Positions 47,370-59,371 of a stretch of 64,000 bases of DNA are shown here, piece by piece. The notes below the pieces were generated by a model, which searched no databases, was not told the origin of the DNA, and saw only the letters and a program-made list of their open reading frames with translations. The DNA is taken from the NCBI RefSeq assembly GCF_011745625.1, contig NW_027191459.1, positions 62,001 through 126,000 on the forward strand. Direction: 5' to 3'. Source of the stretch: Cladosporium halotolerans (taxonomy: Eukaryota). How positions within the stretch are numbered: position 1 is the first letter of the stretch; each line of letters opens with the position of its first letter. Both the position numbers and the translations under genes were made by a program.

Positions 47370-50300
47370 TCACTTGGCAGCATCCAAAGCGGCCTTGATG
47401 GCATCGCAGCTCGCCTTCGCGTCTCCGAACAGCATCTTAGTGTTGGGGGCGTAGAACATCGGGTTCGGGATGTCCGCATATCCACCTTCGATAGTGTCAG
47501 CATTGTTCAACAGCCTAAAAATACTCCGCGGAAGATACTCACTGCCCATGCCGCGCTTCATCACGATCACTTGCTTGCTCTTGTAGGCGTCGATGATCGG
47601 CATGCCTGCGATGGGACTGGAATCGCAGTCAGCAATCTGCACGCTCGAGTTGGTCAGAAGGAGGGATGGATACTAACCTGTCCGGCTCCAAAGCAATGGG
47701 GTTGACTGTGTCGTTCGCGCCAATCACGACGGTAAGGTCCACATCGTCGAATCCCTCCTCGTTGATCTCGTCCATCTCCAGCACAATCTCATACGGCACG
47801 CTCGCCTCAGCAAGCAGCACGTTGCACTGTCCCGGCATACGGCCAGCAACAGGATGAATGGCGAACTTGACCTCGACACCCTGCGCACGAAGTCCAGCAA
47901 CGAACTCCGCGATGGGGTACTGCGCCTTCGCAACCGCCATGCCGTAGCCGACGACGATGACAACCTTCTGTGCGTTGCGGAGCGATTCGACAGTCTCCTC
48001 TATCGTTGTCTTGGTTATCTCGCCCTCGATCTGCTTGGCCTCTTTGTTCGACGGCGCGGGCGCGATGCCGCCAAAGAGCACGTTCGTGAGGCTGCGGTTC
48101 ATCGCCACGCACATGATGTACGACAGGATCGAACCGGAAGTGCCGATTAGCGCGCCGACGGTGGTTAAGATTGGCGAGTTGAGCATGAATCCTTCAGCCA
48201 CGAGGGCAAAACCTGAATAGGCGTTGAGGACTGTGATGACGACTGGCATGTCGGCGCCACCAATAGCGGCTGTTGTGGTGTAGCCTTTCGCAAAGCTGAA
48301 GGCTGTGTTCGCTGCGAGACAGGTTGCGGCGATGGCTGGAGCGCCAGGGGCCATGGTCAAGAACGCTCCCATCGTGGCAACGTTGGCGCCCAGAAGACCC
48401 GTGTTGATCAGATGTCTGCCTGGGAGAATCGTCGGCCTAGAAGACATCTTGCCGGCCAGTTTCATGAAAGCTACAATCGAGCCGGTGAAAGTTACGCCGC
48501 CGATCAGCGTTCCGAGGTATGCTGTGATCATGTGCAGGTTATCCAGGTGTCCCACCGCCGCCATGACGGAGCCGATGCTGGTCAACACTGCAGCTAGACC
48601 GACCACCGAGTGTAGCGCAGCCACTGTCTGCGGCAGGTCTGTAGGCGTGATGCGACGGCCTATCAAGGCTCCGATCAGACTGCCAATACCTGCGACACCA
48701 AGGCACTGGACTAGAGTCTCCGGCGAGAACCCAACAGCGCAAAGTGAAGCCAGCACACCAGATCCGACGCCAAGCATACCAAGCATGTTACCTGCTCTGG
48801 CAGTAGCCTGAGAAGCGAGGCCAGTCAGAGACCCGATGCAAAGCACGCTACTCACCAGATAGCCGGCTTGCACAAGACCAGCCATACCGGTGCTCGCAGC
48901 TGCAACGAAACCGCCACCGAACAGTACAGCCGGCAAAGCGTACAGCCACATGTACTCGGGCGGGTCGGTTGGCCTCCGGAACATGTCCAGCATGCGTTTC
49001 GAGATGACGAAGCCTCCGGAGACGTTGACGAACGCCATCAAGACAGACGCAGCGCCGAGGTATTGTGGGAACGTCTGAGGCAAGTATCCGCCTCCCATAA
49101 TGAAGAAGCCACCAATGCCGACAACGCCTGAAATGGCGTTGGTGACAGACATGAGCGGGCTGTGCAAAGCGGGTGCGACGCCCCAGACGACGCGATAGCC
49201 GATCAAGGAGGCGAGGGAGAAGGTGAAGAAGTTGCTCATGAACAGCGGCCCAGTGAACTTGCCGAGCGCGAGGGCGGCGCCCATGCCACCAGTTACGGTC
49301 GTCACCTCGCGGACTGTTTTCTGCCATGGTGTCACGGCTTTCGGCTCTTCTATAACAACTTCTGCTTTCTTCGCCGCAGGAGGCGCCGGAGGTGCGATTG
49401 GAGGCAGCGCTGGCATCATCTCTCCATTGTACGTGACAATTGACCGGCGGACGACTTCGTCATTTAGGTCGATACCAAAGTGCTTCTCTTTCGGTGACAT
49501 GGACAGCAAGAACTTGGTAATGTTGTTGGAGTAGAGGGTCGATGCTTGGGTGGGCAAGCGCGAGGGAAGGTCGGTGTAGCCGATGACTGTCACACCTTTG
49601 TGCACCGAAAGCTCACCTGGGACAGTGATCTCGCAGTTTCCTCCAGCTTCAGCGGCCAAATCGACAATAACGGATCCAGGTTTCATAGCCGCAACCATCT
49701 CTTCCGTGATCAGGGTCGGCGCTGGGCGGCCCGGAATCAGCGCCGTGGTAATAACCATGTCCACCTCTTTGCACTGCTCCATGAACAGCTTCATCTCCGC
49801 CTCGATGAACTCTTTTGACATCACTTTAGCGTATCCGCCTCCGCCTGAGCCGTCTTCTTTGACATCGACTTCGATGAACTCCGCGCCAAGCGATTGAACT
49901 TGTTCGCGAGCGGCAGATCGCGTGTCAAAGCCTCGAACGATCGCACCCATTCTTCTCGCAGTGGCAATGGCGCTCAGTCCAGCAACGCCAGCTCCAATGA
50001 CCAGAACCTTGCAAGGCGGGATCTTGCCCGCCGCCGTCGTCTGGCCCGTCAAATACCTACCGAAATGATTACTCGCCTCCAGCACCGCCTTGTACCCGGC
50101 AATATTCGCCATGGAGCTGAGCACATCGAACGTCTGCGCGCGCGTGATGCGCGGAATCATGTCCATCGCGAAGCTCGTCAGGCCCTTGCGGCGCATGCTC
50201 TCGACGACGGGCCGGTTCTTCTCCAGCTGCGGCTGCAGCGTGCTGATGATCACGCCGCCCTCGCGGAAGCCCTCGAGGTAGTTGTTGACGCCGATCAGCC

Positions 50301-50736
50301 CGCGCGTCGAGATCCGCGGCGGCCGCACCTTCAGGATGATGTTGCTGTCGTACCACACGCGGCTGGCGTTGACCAGCGTCGCGCCGGCTTCTTCGTACGC
50401 GTGCGCGGGGAATTGCGCGGCGAAGCCCGCGCCGTTCTCGATGAGGACTTGTTTGAAGCCTTTTTTCAGGAGGAGGGCGGCGTTCTGGGGCGTCATGGCT
50501 ACGCGGCGTTCGCCGGAGCGGACTTCGGTTGGCACGCCGATTGTGAGCTCGCTGTAGGGAGTGCATTTTACTGGCTCTGCTTCGGCAGGCGTGGACTGGG
50601 TGGCTCCTTGGGAGCGCTTGGATGCAGTATGAAAAGACCTAGCCGTGGCAAGGCTGGCCGCTCTGGTGATGGTGGAAGGCCATCGTCGAGCTGGTTGGAT
50701 TGCGTGCGACCTCAGAGGTCGCGAACAGGGCCACAT
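47370..50736 (-). CDS. NNT: Mitochondrial proton-translocating NAD(P) transhydrogenase (alpha-beta single chain); 2 introns near the 3' end
   Basis: [86 protein letters not shown]. Confidence 0.96.
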
Positions 50737-51699
50737 GGTGGCCGTTCAAGTGATTATCATGGGCTTTCAGCAAGCTCCTTTCTTCCTCTGACAAGGTCTG
50801 GTTAAGTCTGGCCTGGTCGTGTGCGCGGCCTTGAATGCGTGTCACTGTGAAGAAGGCGTGCAGGACGCAGAAAGCTGCATGCAGCCGCTGTGCAGCAGAT
50901 TATGCACGTACGCGTTCCAGCAAACTGCACGTTCCCGGTGGCCACGGGAAGCAGATCGTCGAGGAAGAAAAGTCGTGGAAGAAAGAGAGGAGTGAGAAGA
51001 GGGAGAGAGTTCAGGTACCAAGTGGCTTGAGGTAACTAGCCGCGCTGCGGCGCGGGACTACGCAATTGCCGGCGAGGCGTGCACAAGACGGTCACATGGC
51101 GCCAATGCTGCGCCGGCTGGTGGTAAACGAGGCTTGGAGAGGGGGAGGTGTGTTGTGTTGGTCGCGCGCGCGGGGTGAGGCGCGTGCTTTGCGGGGGGCG
51201 ATGCGGGGTGTTCGATTTCGGGAAGCCGGCCAGTCTGAGCCTGAGGTGAGAGTGAAGCTGGTTGCGGGAATTGTTGCGGGAATTGTTGCGGGAGGCGATG
51301 TGGTAGTCTTTTACCGCAGTCGTCATCGCATAAGTATGCATGCTTGGAATGGTGGCACTAAGGCTTCTCTTTTTTGCAGTATCGACGGCTGCATCTAGCG
51401 GACAAAGCCCTGTTGGAGCCCAACACACTCCCTCAGAGCCTCTGCGTAGCCACGAGCCCTTCGGTAAGTAAAGCGTCGCCAAAGGTTCCACGGCTGATTG
51501 ATCCGCGACCACATGGCCCGCTCATACCTTTTGTATGATCCGATGAGACCAATCAAGCAAGCTCCGTGTTGCAGGAAGATTTTGTTCGCACCGTATCGGG
51601 GTCGGCACGATGAGTCAATCACTACCCAGAAACCAGCGGCTAGTTCGTAGGAATGCAAAGAACATCTTCATTCAATTGCTCTTAGAACACTCACTCTAT

Positions 51700-52168
51700 T
51701 CATTGCGTCTCCTTGACATCCTCCCCCACCTCCGCAACCCACCCACATGCCTTACTCCTAAACAACTCCAACTTCGGCCTCGGCAACTCAACCTCATCCG
51801 CAAACAGCCCGTACTGCAAACACCACACGTCCGGCGCGTGGCCCTCGATAATCCGCACGGGGCTCCCACAGCGCGAGCACATGCTCCTTTGCATTGGCTT
51901 GCCGGAGCTCGTGTTAGGGTCTGAGTGGTTGACGTGGTTGTCGCCGGTGATGCTCGCGTGTTCCTTGGGCACCATGAAGGCGTAGGATGCTACGCCGCCA
52001 GAACGACGCTTGCAGTTTGCGCAGTGGCAGACGAGGCTGGAGAGGGTTGAAATGGGAGTTGTGATTTGGACCTGAGGTGGGGTTAGGAAGGGGACCTTGA
52101 TGGATGGATTGGCAGGCGATGGGGCGTACTTTGACGTCGCCGCAGAGGCAGCGGCCGTTTGTCGGCAT
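51700..52168 (-). CDS. GFA / CENP-V (Mss4-like) zinc protein; 1 intron
   Basis: GRCLCGDVK|...VCHCANCKRRSG...RSMCSRCGSP cysteine pattern. Confidence 0.9.
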
Positions 52169-53197
52169 TGTGATTTATGTTCTTCTGGATCAAGTCTCTG
52201 CTTCAGTATACAGCTTCCCTAAGATCCCGCTTCTCGAATACTTCAGACACTTTTGTTCTGTCAAGACTTGGGAAATGCAACATTGGAAGGTCGAACGACT
52301 GTTCATCTTGACGTCATGGTCGTAGAGAAACGATTCGAGTTGCGTGTCTGGCAGAAGATGTTCTCTTGAGACGCCAGTCCATATGCTGTGATCAATGAGA
52401 CTACGCCGGGGTAAGAAAGGCTGTCACCGCGTGCCAATTCTCCGATGTGTAACTGAGGTCGAGCATTTTAGCTGACACGTTGAGTTGTCATCGAAGCTTT
52501 GTGATCACATTTGCATCGATGGTTGGCCGTAACGGAATGATCATAGAGGGAGGAAAAATCACATGGAGAGAATGAACAGGTTGACGTGCTTTCTGATATC
52601 GACTCCATGCGCGAGGCTGCGCCCGCGAGAAGGAAAATAAAATAAAATAAGATAAGAAAATCGAGAAGATGGGACTCGAGAAGGACAGATATGCAGCCAG
52701 CCGCTAGCGCCAAAGCTGTCTTGCCCAATCAGCTGCTTCTAAGTGCGCGCGAGGCAAGTGAACGAAACCTCTGGATTATTTATCAAATAAATACAATAAA
52801 AAGGACTCGAGTTCGGGAGAAATGCAGACACCCGTTAGCGCCCGCCCTCGAGTGACCAATCACTCGTCGGCTGCACGCTCCAAGGGCGAATGCCAGGAGC
52901 GCCTCGATCTTGCGTCGCCTACAATGTGCCCGCGTCTCTGCGACAGCAGTATCGCGAGTTCGCCATGCGAGTCGCACAACGAGAAGTCGACCTGACTCGC
53001 CAAAGACCCAAGTGGACCGTGGTTGGAAGTCGGCACTCCTTCGGCGGGCGTTGGACGCTGGGATCTCACTTCTTCTATCCACATGCGGCCGACGCCTGCA
53101 GATGAGTGATCCGTTCCGAGAGCTATATCTAGAAACCAGCGAACCGCACTGGTCGTTTTGAGAGTACATCCCAACGTGTCATCGTTTCAACAGAAAG

Positions 53198-53576
53198 ATG
53201 GAGTTGAACAAGGAGAAAGCAGATGGTATGACGCCTCGCAGAAACCAAGTGCCCCTTACCTTTGCTATTCGCTGACTTCAAGGTAGGCCAGAGACCTTGT
53301 GAGGAACAAAATCAACAAACCACTCTAACCCATCCACGCTTTTGGACGTTGATCATGCCGATCCAACTCGGCCTCATGTCTTCCCTCTTCTATCTAACCA
53401 TCGCTGGCGAGAGCAAATTCGCCGAAACCAAACAGCGTTGCCACACCTACGACCTGCTCGGCAGCACAGTCGCCAAAATCGACTGCACCAAGCACATCAT
53501 CACCTACTCCCTCGCCGCAATCACATCCTTCATCGCCCCCTTCCTCCTCACCCGACACATGTTCTCAAAACCATAA
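53198..53576 (+). CDS. Putative ~106 aa orphan with two transmembrane segments; intron ~53226-53286
   Basis: MELNKEKADG|QRPCEE...FWTLIMPIQLGLMSSLFYLTIAG...C...C...IITYSLAAITSFIAPFLL; intron GTATGA...GCTGAC...TAG. Confidence 0.55.
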
Positions 53577-53602
53577 CCCCCAAGAGCCCAACCCATCTCA
53601 CC

Positions 53603-55692
53603 TCAACTGCCCTCCCCCTCCCTCCGACTCTCCTTCTCCTCCTCCTTAGGCTTCTCCCTCAACGCCTCATCATCCGCCCTCTCCAGCCCAATCTGCGGAA
53701 TCAGCGCGACGGCCAGCACGCACCCGAGCGCCGCCAGCGCCGCGTTGAGGTAGAACATGCGCCGGAACCCCGCCGCGTACGCGCGCACCGTGACGTCTTC
53801 GATCGCCGCGCGGCGCGCCGGGTCAGAGACGCCCTGCAGCGCGGTGACGGGGTCGTCGACGAAGGCGTCGCTCGGCTCGCCGACGGCGGAGAGGGACGAG
53901 CGCAGCGAGGAGTTGAGCAGAGTGGCCGCGACGGCGAGCCCGAGCACGGAGCCGAGGTTGCGGACGAAGTTGCGCGTGCAAGTCACGACCGCCATGTCTG
54001 CGCGCGCGACGCCGGCTTGAATGGCGATGAGGGAGGGTTGGAGAGTCTGGCCGACGCCGAAGCCGGTTAGCAGGCCGTAGCCGATTGCGCGGCCGACGGA
54101 GAAGTGTGCTGCGTCCATGGTGCTGTAGAGCCCGAGGCCGACGGCCCAGGCGATCCAGCCGGTGATGATGCTCTCGCGGTAGCGGCCGGTCCAGTGGACG
54201 ATAAGGCCGGAGAGGGTGCTGGATATGGTTTGGGTTAGCGTGATGGGAAGGAGTAGGGCGCCCGATTTGATGGGCGAGAGGTTGTAGGCGAGCTGGAAGA
54301 AGGAGGGGATGTAGTAGATTTGGGTGACGAAGAGCCAGCCGTTGATGAACATTGTTAGGCAGGCACCGACGACGAGGCCGCTGCGGAAGATGTGTACTGT
54401 TTTGGAGGGTCAATGTTACGGACGGTAGTCGGATTCGGTTGACTTACAAGGCATCAGTGGGAATCTGGGGCCTTTCCATTGCCATAAGAGGAACGCACCG
54501 AGCGTAGCAACGCCCAGTATCAGCGGTGCAATGACTGCAGAGGATTGCCATGGGTAATCCGAGTCGGCCCAAGTGAGCGACAACTATCCAAGTCAGCTAG
54601 GGCAAGATCAGTCAAAACCATTCGACGATATGAACGTACCACGATCAAAGTGGACGCAGCCAAAGTCAACGCGCAACCAAAGAAATCGACAAGCTTGATT
54701 TTCATCAACCACGATCCTTCCACCGGCTTCAATGGCATCGCAAAAAAGATCGCTATTGTCGACAAAGCCGTGAGAGGCAGGTTGAGCCGGAAGATCCATC
54801 TCCTTTGGCAAATCAGCCAACACAATCGACCAGACTCATCGAGAAGCATACGACTCACCAAGACTCCGGCCCATTCGAACTCAAGCTCGCACCAATAATC
54901 GGCCCAATGCCGTTCGAAATCGCCACAACAGCTCCCTGTCACCACAAGTCAGAACAAATCCCCTCCCGCTCAATCGCGACACTCACCAAAATACCCTGAT
55001 ACTTCCCCCTATCCCTCAACGACACCACGTCCGAAACAATCGTCTGCGCCAGCGTCATCAACCCGCCGCCGCCGACGCCCGTCAGCGCGCGGAAAGCGAT
55101 CATCTGCGGCGCGCTCTGCGCCAGCGAAGCGGCCAGCGAGCCGATGAAGAAGATCGCGATGCAAGCCAGCAGCACCGTCTTGCGCGAGAAGATGTCCGAC
55201 AGGCGGCCGTAGAGGAGCTGGAAGGAGGTCGAGGTCCTGTCGACGTCGTTGCGTGTCAGGCTGATTTGGAAGTCGGTACTCTTCGAAGATGGAATGGTCT
55301 TACAGGAAATACGCGCCCGCGATCCACGCGCTCTGGCTGCCAGCGCCGAGCGCGCGGGAGACGATGTTCAGACTCGCGGCGAGGGTCGTCTGGTCCATCA
55401 GCGCGACGAGGTCGACGCTGGAGCACGTGAGGAAGACCTGCGTTGGGTACGTCGGTTAGCGCACGCGCTGTGTGTAGGGCTAGTGAGAGGCCAGGAGTCG
55501 CTTGCAATGCGTCCTGCAAGGTACGCTTACCATGATGATCTTGCTGGGCTTGACGTAGCGGGTTTGGTCGGTCAGCTGCGCGGGAGATGCATCTTTTGAC
55601 GCGGGGGTAGGCGAGCCTGCGTCTGAGGAAGGCGCATTGGATGTTGTTGGTGGCGATGTCGCCGCTGCATCATTACTGATCGCAGGCGCCAT
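53603..55692 (-). CDS. MFS transporter, DHA2 (14-TM drug:H+ antiporter) type; about 7 introns
   Basis: LMDQTTLAASL, FQLLYGRLSDIFSRK, FRALTGVGGGG, IVSDVVSLRDRGKYQGIL, RWIFRLNLP, RNFVRNLGSVLGLAV. Confidence 0.9.
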
Positions 55693-56393
55693 TTTTGGTT
55701 CGAATGGAGGGACGAAATGGGACGAGCGACCGCCGAGAAAGCGGCAGCAGGGCCATGCTGCGTTCTTGAACCATCAGCCATGGCATCTTGGTTGAATTGT
55801 GTTCGATGATGTGAACACAAAGCCACCCCTGCAGTGGATATAGCGGTCTCGCAGCCGTCCAATAAGAGTGGGCTGGTATAGTGATCTACGCTGGCGTTTG
55901 AGCAGGTATTCGACCATAATGGTCAACTCAAAGCGCCGATCACCACCTCACGCGCACGCAAAACACCTCAAATTGAATTCTCGCGCCTGCCATGTGGGCT
56001 TGCGGTCGCGTGTAGATCGCTCTTGGAAATGAAACCGCCTCAACTTTGAGGCAGATGTTGAGAGCGGTGGTTCGTTTTGATGACTGAGAGGCACGGCGCC
56101 AAGGCGCTTTCTACTGGAGATCAGGCCTGTTCTGGTCCAATGCGACAACGTGTTGAAGAGGGCCGTCATATATTGCGCATGTTGAAGCGGCGCCAAGATG
56201 GATTGGAGGAACATTATGGTGGTGCCACGAGTCTGTGGGCCTTGTCAAAGCCGACTCTATGCAGTTCACCTGGGTTGCACCTGCCTTGCTAGAAGTCAGG
56301 CCCGGGAATGCGGTGCTATAAAGATGTCGGTTGCCACCTCAAGCGTCGACGTGTCTCGGCATCTCCTACCTTGTTGTTCCTTACGCCGTAAAG

Positions 56394-57878
56394 ATGAACG
56401 TGTTTTCCGGCCCCGACTCCCTCAAGGACTACTATGATCCCGACAAGAATCCTCCTCTGCCGTTGGTGGAGATTCCTCAGCATCTGAATCCGTTCCACGG
56501 ACAGGGTGTGCGCATCTATGCGAAGATGATGACGATGCTGCCGGCTCACAACGTCAAGGAGTTGCCGGCGTTGTCTATGCTGTCGGCTCCCGGCGCGGTC
56601 GATCCCAAGACGAAGACAGTCATCGAATACTCATCCGGGTCGACGGTGATCTCGATGGGAATCGTCGCTCGCATCTTGCACGGCATCGACGACACAAAAG
56701 CTTACATCAGTAACAAGACAAGTGAAAGCAAGCTGAAGATGTTGCAATTCTTCGGTCTAGACCTTTACCTGTTCGGAGGGCCTTCGCAACCCGAGCCCAC
56801 GGACGATCGAGGCGGCATCCAAAGAGCAAGAAGAGATGCGCAGACTTGCGAGAAGACGACGAATCCGAACCAGTATGAGAACGACCTGAACTGGAACGCC
56901 CACAGGCGTTGGACAGGGCCGCAGATACTGAAGCAGCTTCCGAACATCGACGTCCTCTGTGCAGGGATGGGAACCGCAGGCACCCTAACTGGCACTGCGA
57001 CGTACATGAAAGAGGCCAAGCCTTCAGTCAACTGCATTGGTGTGTGCACGGCGCCCGGTGATCGCGTCCCTGGCCCTCGCAGCCACGCACTGCTCGCTCC
57101 GGTGGAGTTTCCATGGAAGAAGTGCGTAGACAGCATTGTTGAATGCGGATCCGAGGAGTCTTTCACAATGTCGCTTCACCTGACTCGCAACGGTCTCGTC
57201 TGTGGCCCGTCGTCGGGATTCAATCTTGTCGGGCTCCTGCGCTACCTCGAGCAGAGGCAGAGCGACGGCACCTTCGAGGGGCTCCGCAACAGCACCACAG
57301 GCTTGATCGAATGCGCCTTCTTGTGTTGCGACCTACCTTACCAGTACATCTCGGAGTACTTCCAGAAAGTGCCGGCGTCAGAATTCCATCCTATCAAGAA
57401 CCAGAACCTCACCGGCGTGGACGTTCACCGTTACGACGAGGCATGGGAACTGAGGGCTGACAACCTGCACCTGCACTCCTTACTCGACGATCTGGACACA
57501 GTGCTGCTGGACCTTCGCGATGCCAGGAGCTCGGAGGAGTGGAACCCGAAGCCTCAAAACAAGTTGCCCATTCCGCTCTTCACGCTGTCTCCAGACCAAG
57601 AGTCGCCCTTCTACAACAGCCGACTGCTGGAACTGCAGTGGCGCGAGTTGGATCAGGTCTTCGCGGGCACTCTCGATCCGCGCTTATCTGACAAGACAGT
57701 CGTGGCTCTTTGCCATGATGGTGACACAGCACGCATCGCGAGCAGCATCCTGCGGGCCAAGGGTGTCACCTGCTTCTCAGTCAAGGGTGGAGCGCAGGCA
57801 TTGCGGTCATGCAGGGAGGAGAAGAAGGTTGACAGTCCTATGAGAGAGACAGAGGAGGAAGAACTGGGGCGTCGTTAA
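56394..57878 (+). CDS. PLP-dependent cysteine synthase-like (fold II) enzyme fused to a C-terminal rhodanese domain; intronless
   Basis: PLVEI...IYAK...HNVKELPA (PLP Lys), VIEYSSGST, NQYEN, GMGTAGT, CGPSSG. C-terminal LLDLRD...VVALCHDGDTARIASSILRAKG...SVKGG. Confidence 0.88.
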   Translation: MNVFSGPDSLKDYYDPDKNPPLPLVEIPQHLNPFHGQGVRIYAKMMTMLPAHNVKELPALSMLSAPGAVDPKTKTVIEYSSGSTVISMGIVARILHGIDDTKAYISNKTSESKLKMLQFFGLDLYLFGGPSQPEPTDDRGGIQRARRDAQTCEKTTNPNQYENDLNWNAHRRWTGPQILKQLPNIDVLCAGMGTAGTLTGTATYMKEAKPSVNCIGVCTAPGDRVPGPRSHALLAPVEFPWKKCVDSIVECGSEESFTMSLHLTRNGLVCGPSSGFNLVGLLRYLEQRQSDGTFEGLRNSTTGLIECAFLCCDLPYQYISEYFQKVPASEFHPIKNQNLTGVDVHRYDEAWELRADNLHLHSLLDDLDTVLLDLRDARSSEEWNPKPQNKLPIPLFTLSPDQESPFYNSRLLELQWRELDQVFAGTLDPRLSDKTVVALCHDGDTARIASSILRAKGVTCFSVKGGAQALRSCREEKKVDSPMRETEEEELGRR

Positions 57879-59371
57879 AAAGGACTTCCGCTCGGTTGCG
57901 CTAGGGCTTAGGGTTAGGACAAAAAAGAAAAGTGGTGGAAGTCGGCGCGGTTGCCGACGTTCCAGCGGATGTGATAGGTCAAAAGTTGAGTGTGTATGCT
58001 TTGCTAGACAGCCCGTACCGAACAAAATACATGGAGATAGATTGGGATCTGCGAGGTGATGCTGCACTCCTGACGTCGGCTCCAGTGTAGCGTGTTGCTT
58101 GACATCGGTCGAACACGGGGTGAAGACTTGGCGTAAGGGAGCAGCGGAAGGCTGAAGCTGCACGTTTCACAGCAGATGGCGGAGGAGCAAGCAGTGTACG
58201 ATTCGCGTTTCAGAGACGCGCGAGACGGCTGGCCGCAGAGAGATGTGCGAGTGGTGAGGTGCAGGCGGCGGCGGTGTTTACAAGATGGAGCTGGCGCAAC
58301 AAGTGACGTTGGAGCCCCCGCTCCGAGGGGCACGCCGCGTGGGTGCAGGCGTGCGAGCAGCCACGTAACGTCGAGTGCAGCTGTAATATATCGCCGGCCG
58401 GACGAGGGAGCCGTGCGGGATGGCGGGTGGGAGGGCAGAGTGATGGATTGTGAGCTAACGTTAGATCGCTGCGTGCGTGGTTCCAACCGCTCGTCGTCAC
58501 CATCTCCCCCATCACCGCGCCGCGTTTGTTTACAGTGCCGTAAATGCGGCTTTTCGTGGCTGAGGCAAGCAGCGGCGGCCGCGCACGCACCCCAGCCAAA
58601 CTCAGTCTGCACGCCACGCCGCGCCTCGCCCTCATCCTTCCACGCATCCCTACCGAGACCTGCCTCACCTTACCTGACGCACACTGCCAGCCCTCACCGC
58701 GCCTGAAACTCCCTTCGGCCGTGGCTGTCGCTGCGCCTGCTGCTGTTGACTCCCCACTCCACCCTCCACCCGCTGTCCGCCGCGCCCATCAATAATTATC
58801 TGCCTACTTTACCTACCCAACTTCGCCCGCATCGCTTGTTGATATCGCCCGCCTCGCCCCGCGCGCTCTTATCCGCGATCGTCGCCTGGCCCGACTCAGG
58901 CAGCCCGCCGCTCCGCCGCACCTAGTCTGCATCACCAGCGGGGCCTAACGGCTTGCGTGGTGGAGTTCCCTTCCACGCCGCACTGCTTGCCTGCCTGCCT
59001 GCCCTTGTGTCTGTCTGTCCGTCCGTCTCTGCTCTGCCTGGCAACACGGCCCACGACTGAACACTCGCCTGACCTCACTTCCACCGCCCACGTGCCACCC
59101 GCCGCGCTGAAACGCCCGCCTCCTCCTCTTCACGCCCGCATCCCACCCACCGCCTCCGGCCCTCACTAAACGCGACCGCCGTCGTAATTGCGGGTCCAAC
59201 ACATGCCGCACGCTCCGCGTTAGGCGTCGAGCGACTCTCACCACCTCCACCCAAACAACAACACCACCGCGAGCCCGGCCAGCCCACCGCAAAAACAACA
59301 CCTCCAGCGCCGCCGAGGCAACTCGTCCGCCCACCGCCTCCCGCCCCGCCGCGGGCGCCCCTCCCACCACC

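Noticed and set aside
51260..51293. 12 bp unit (GTTGCGGGAATT) repeated about 3 times
   Set aside because: Short minisatellite with no supporting context.
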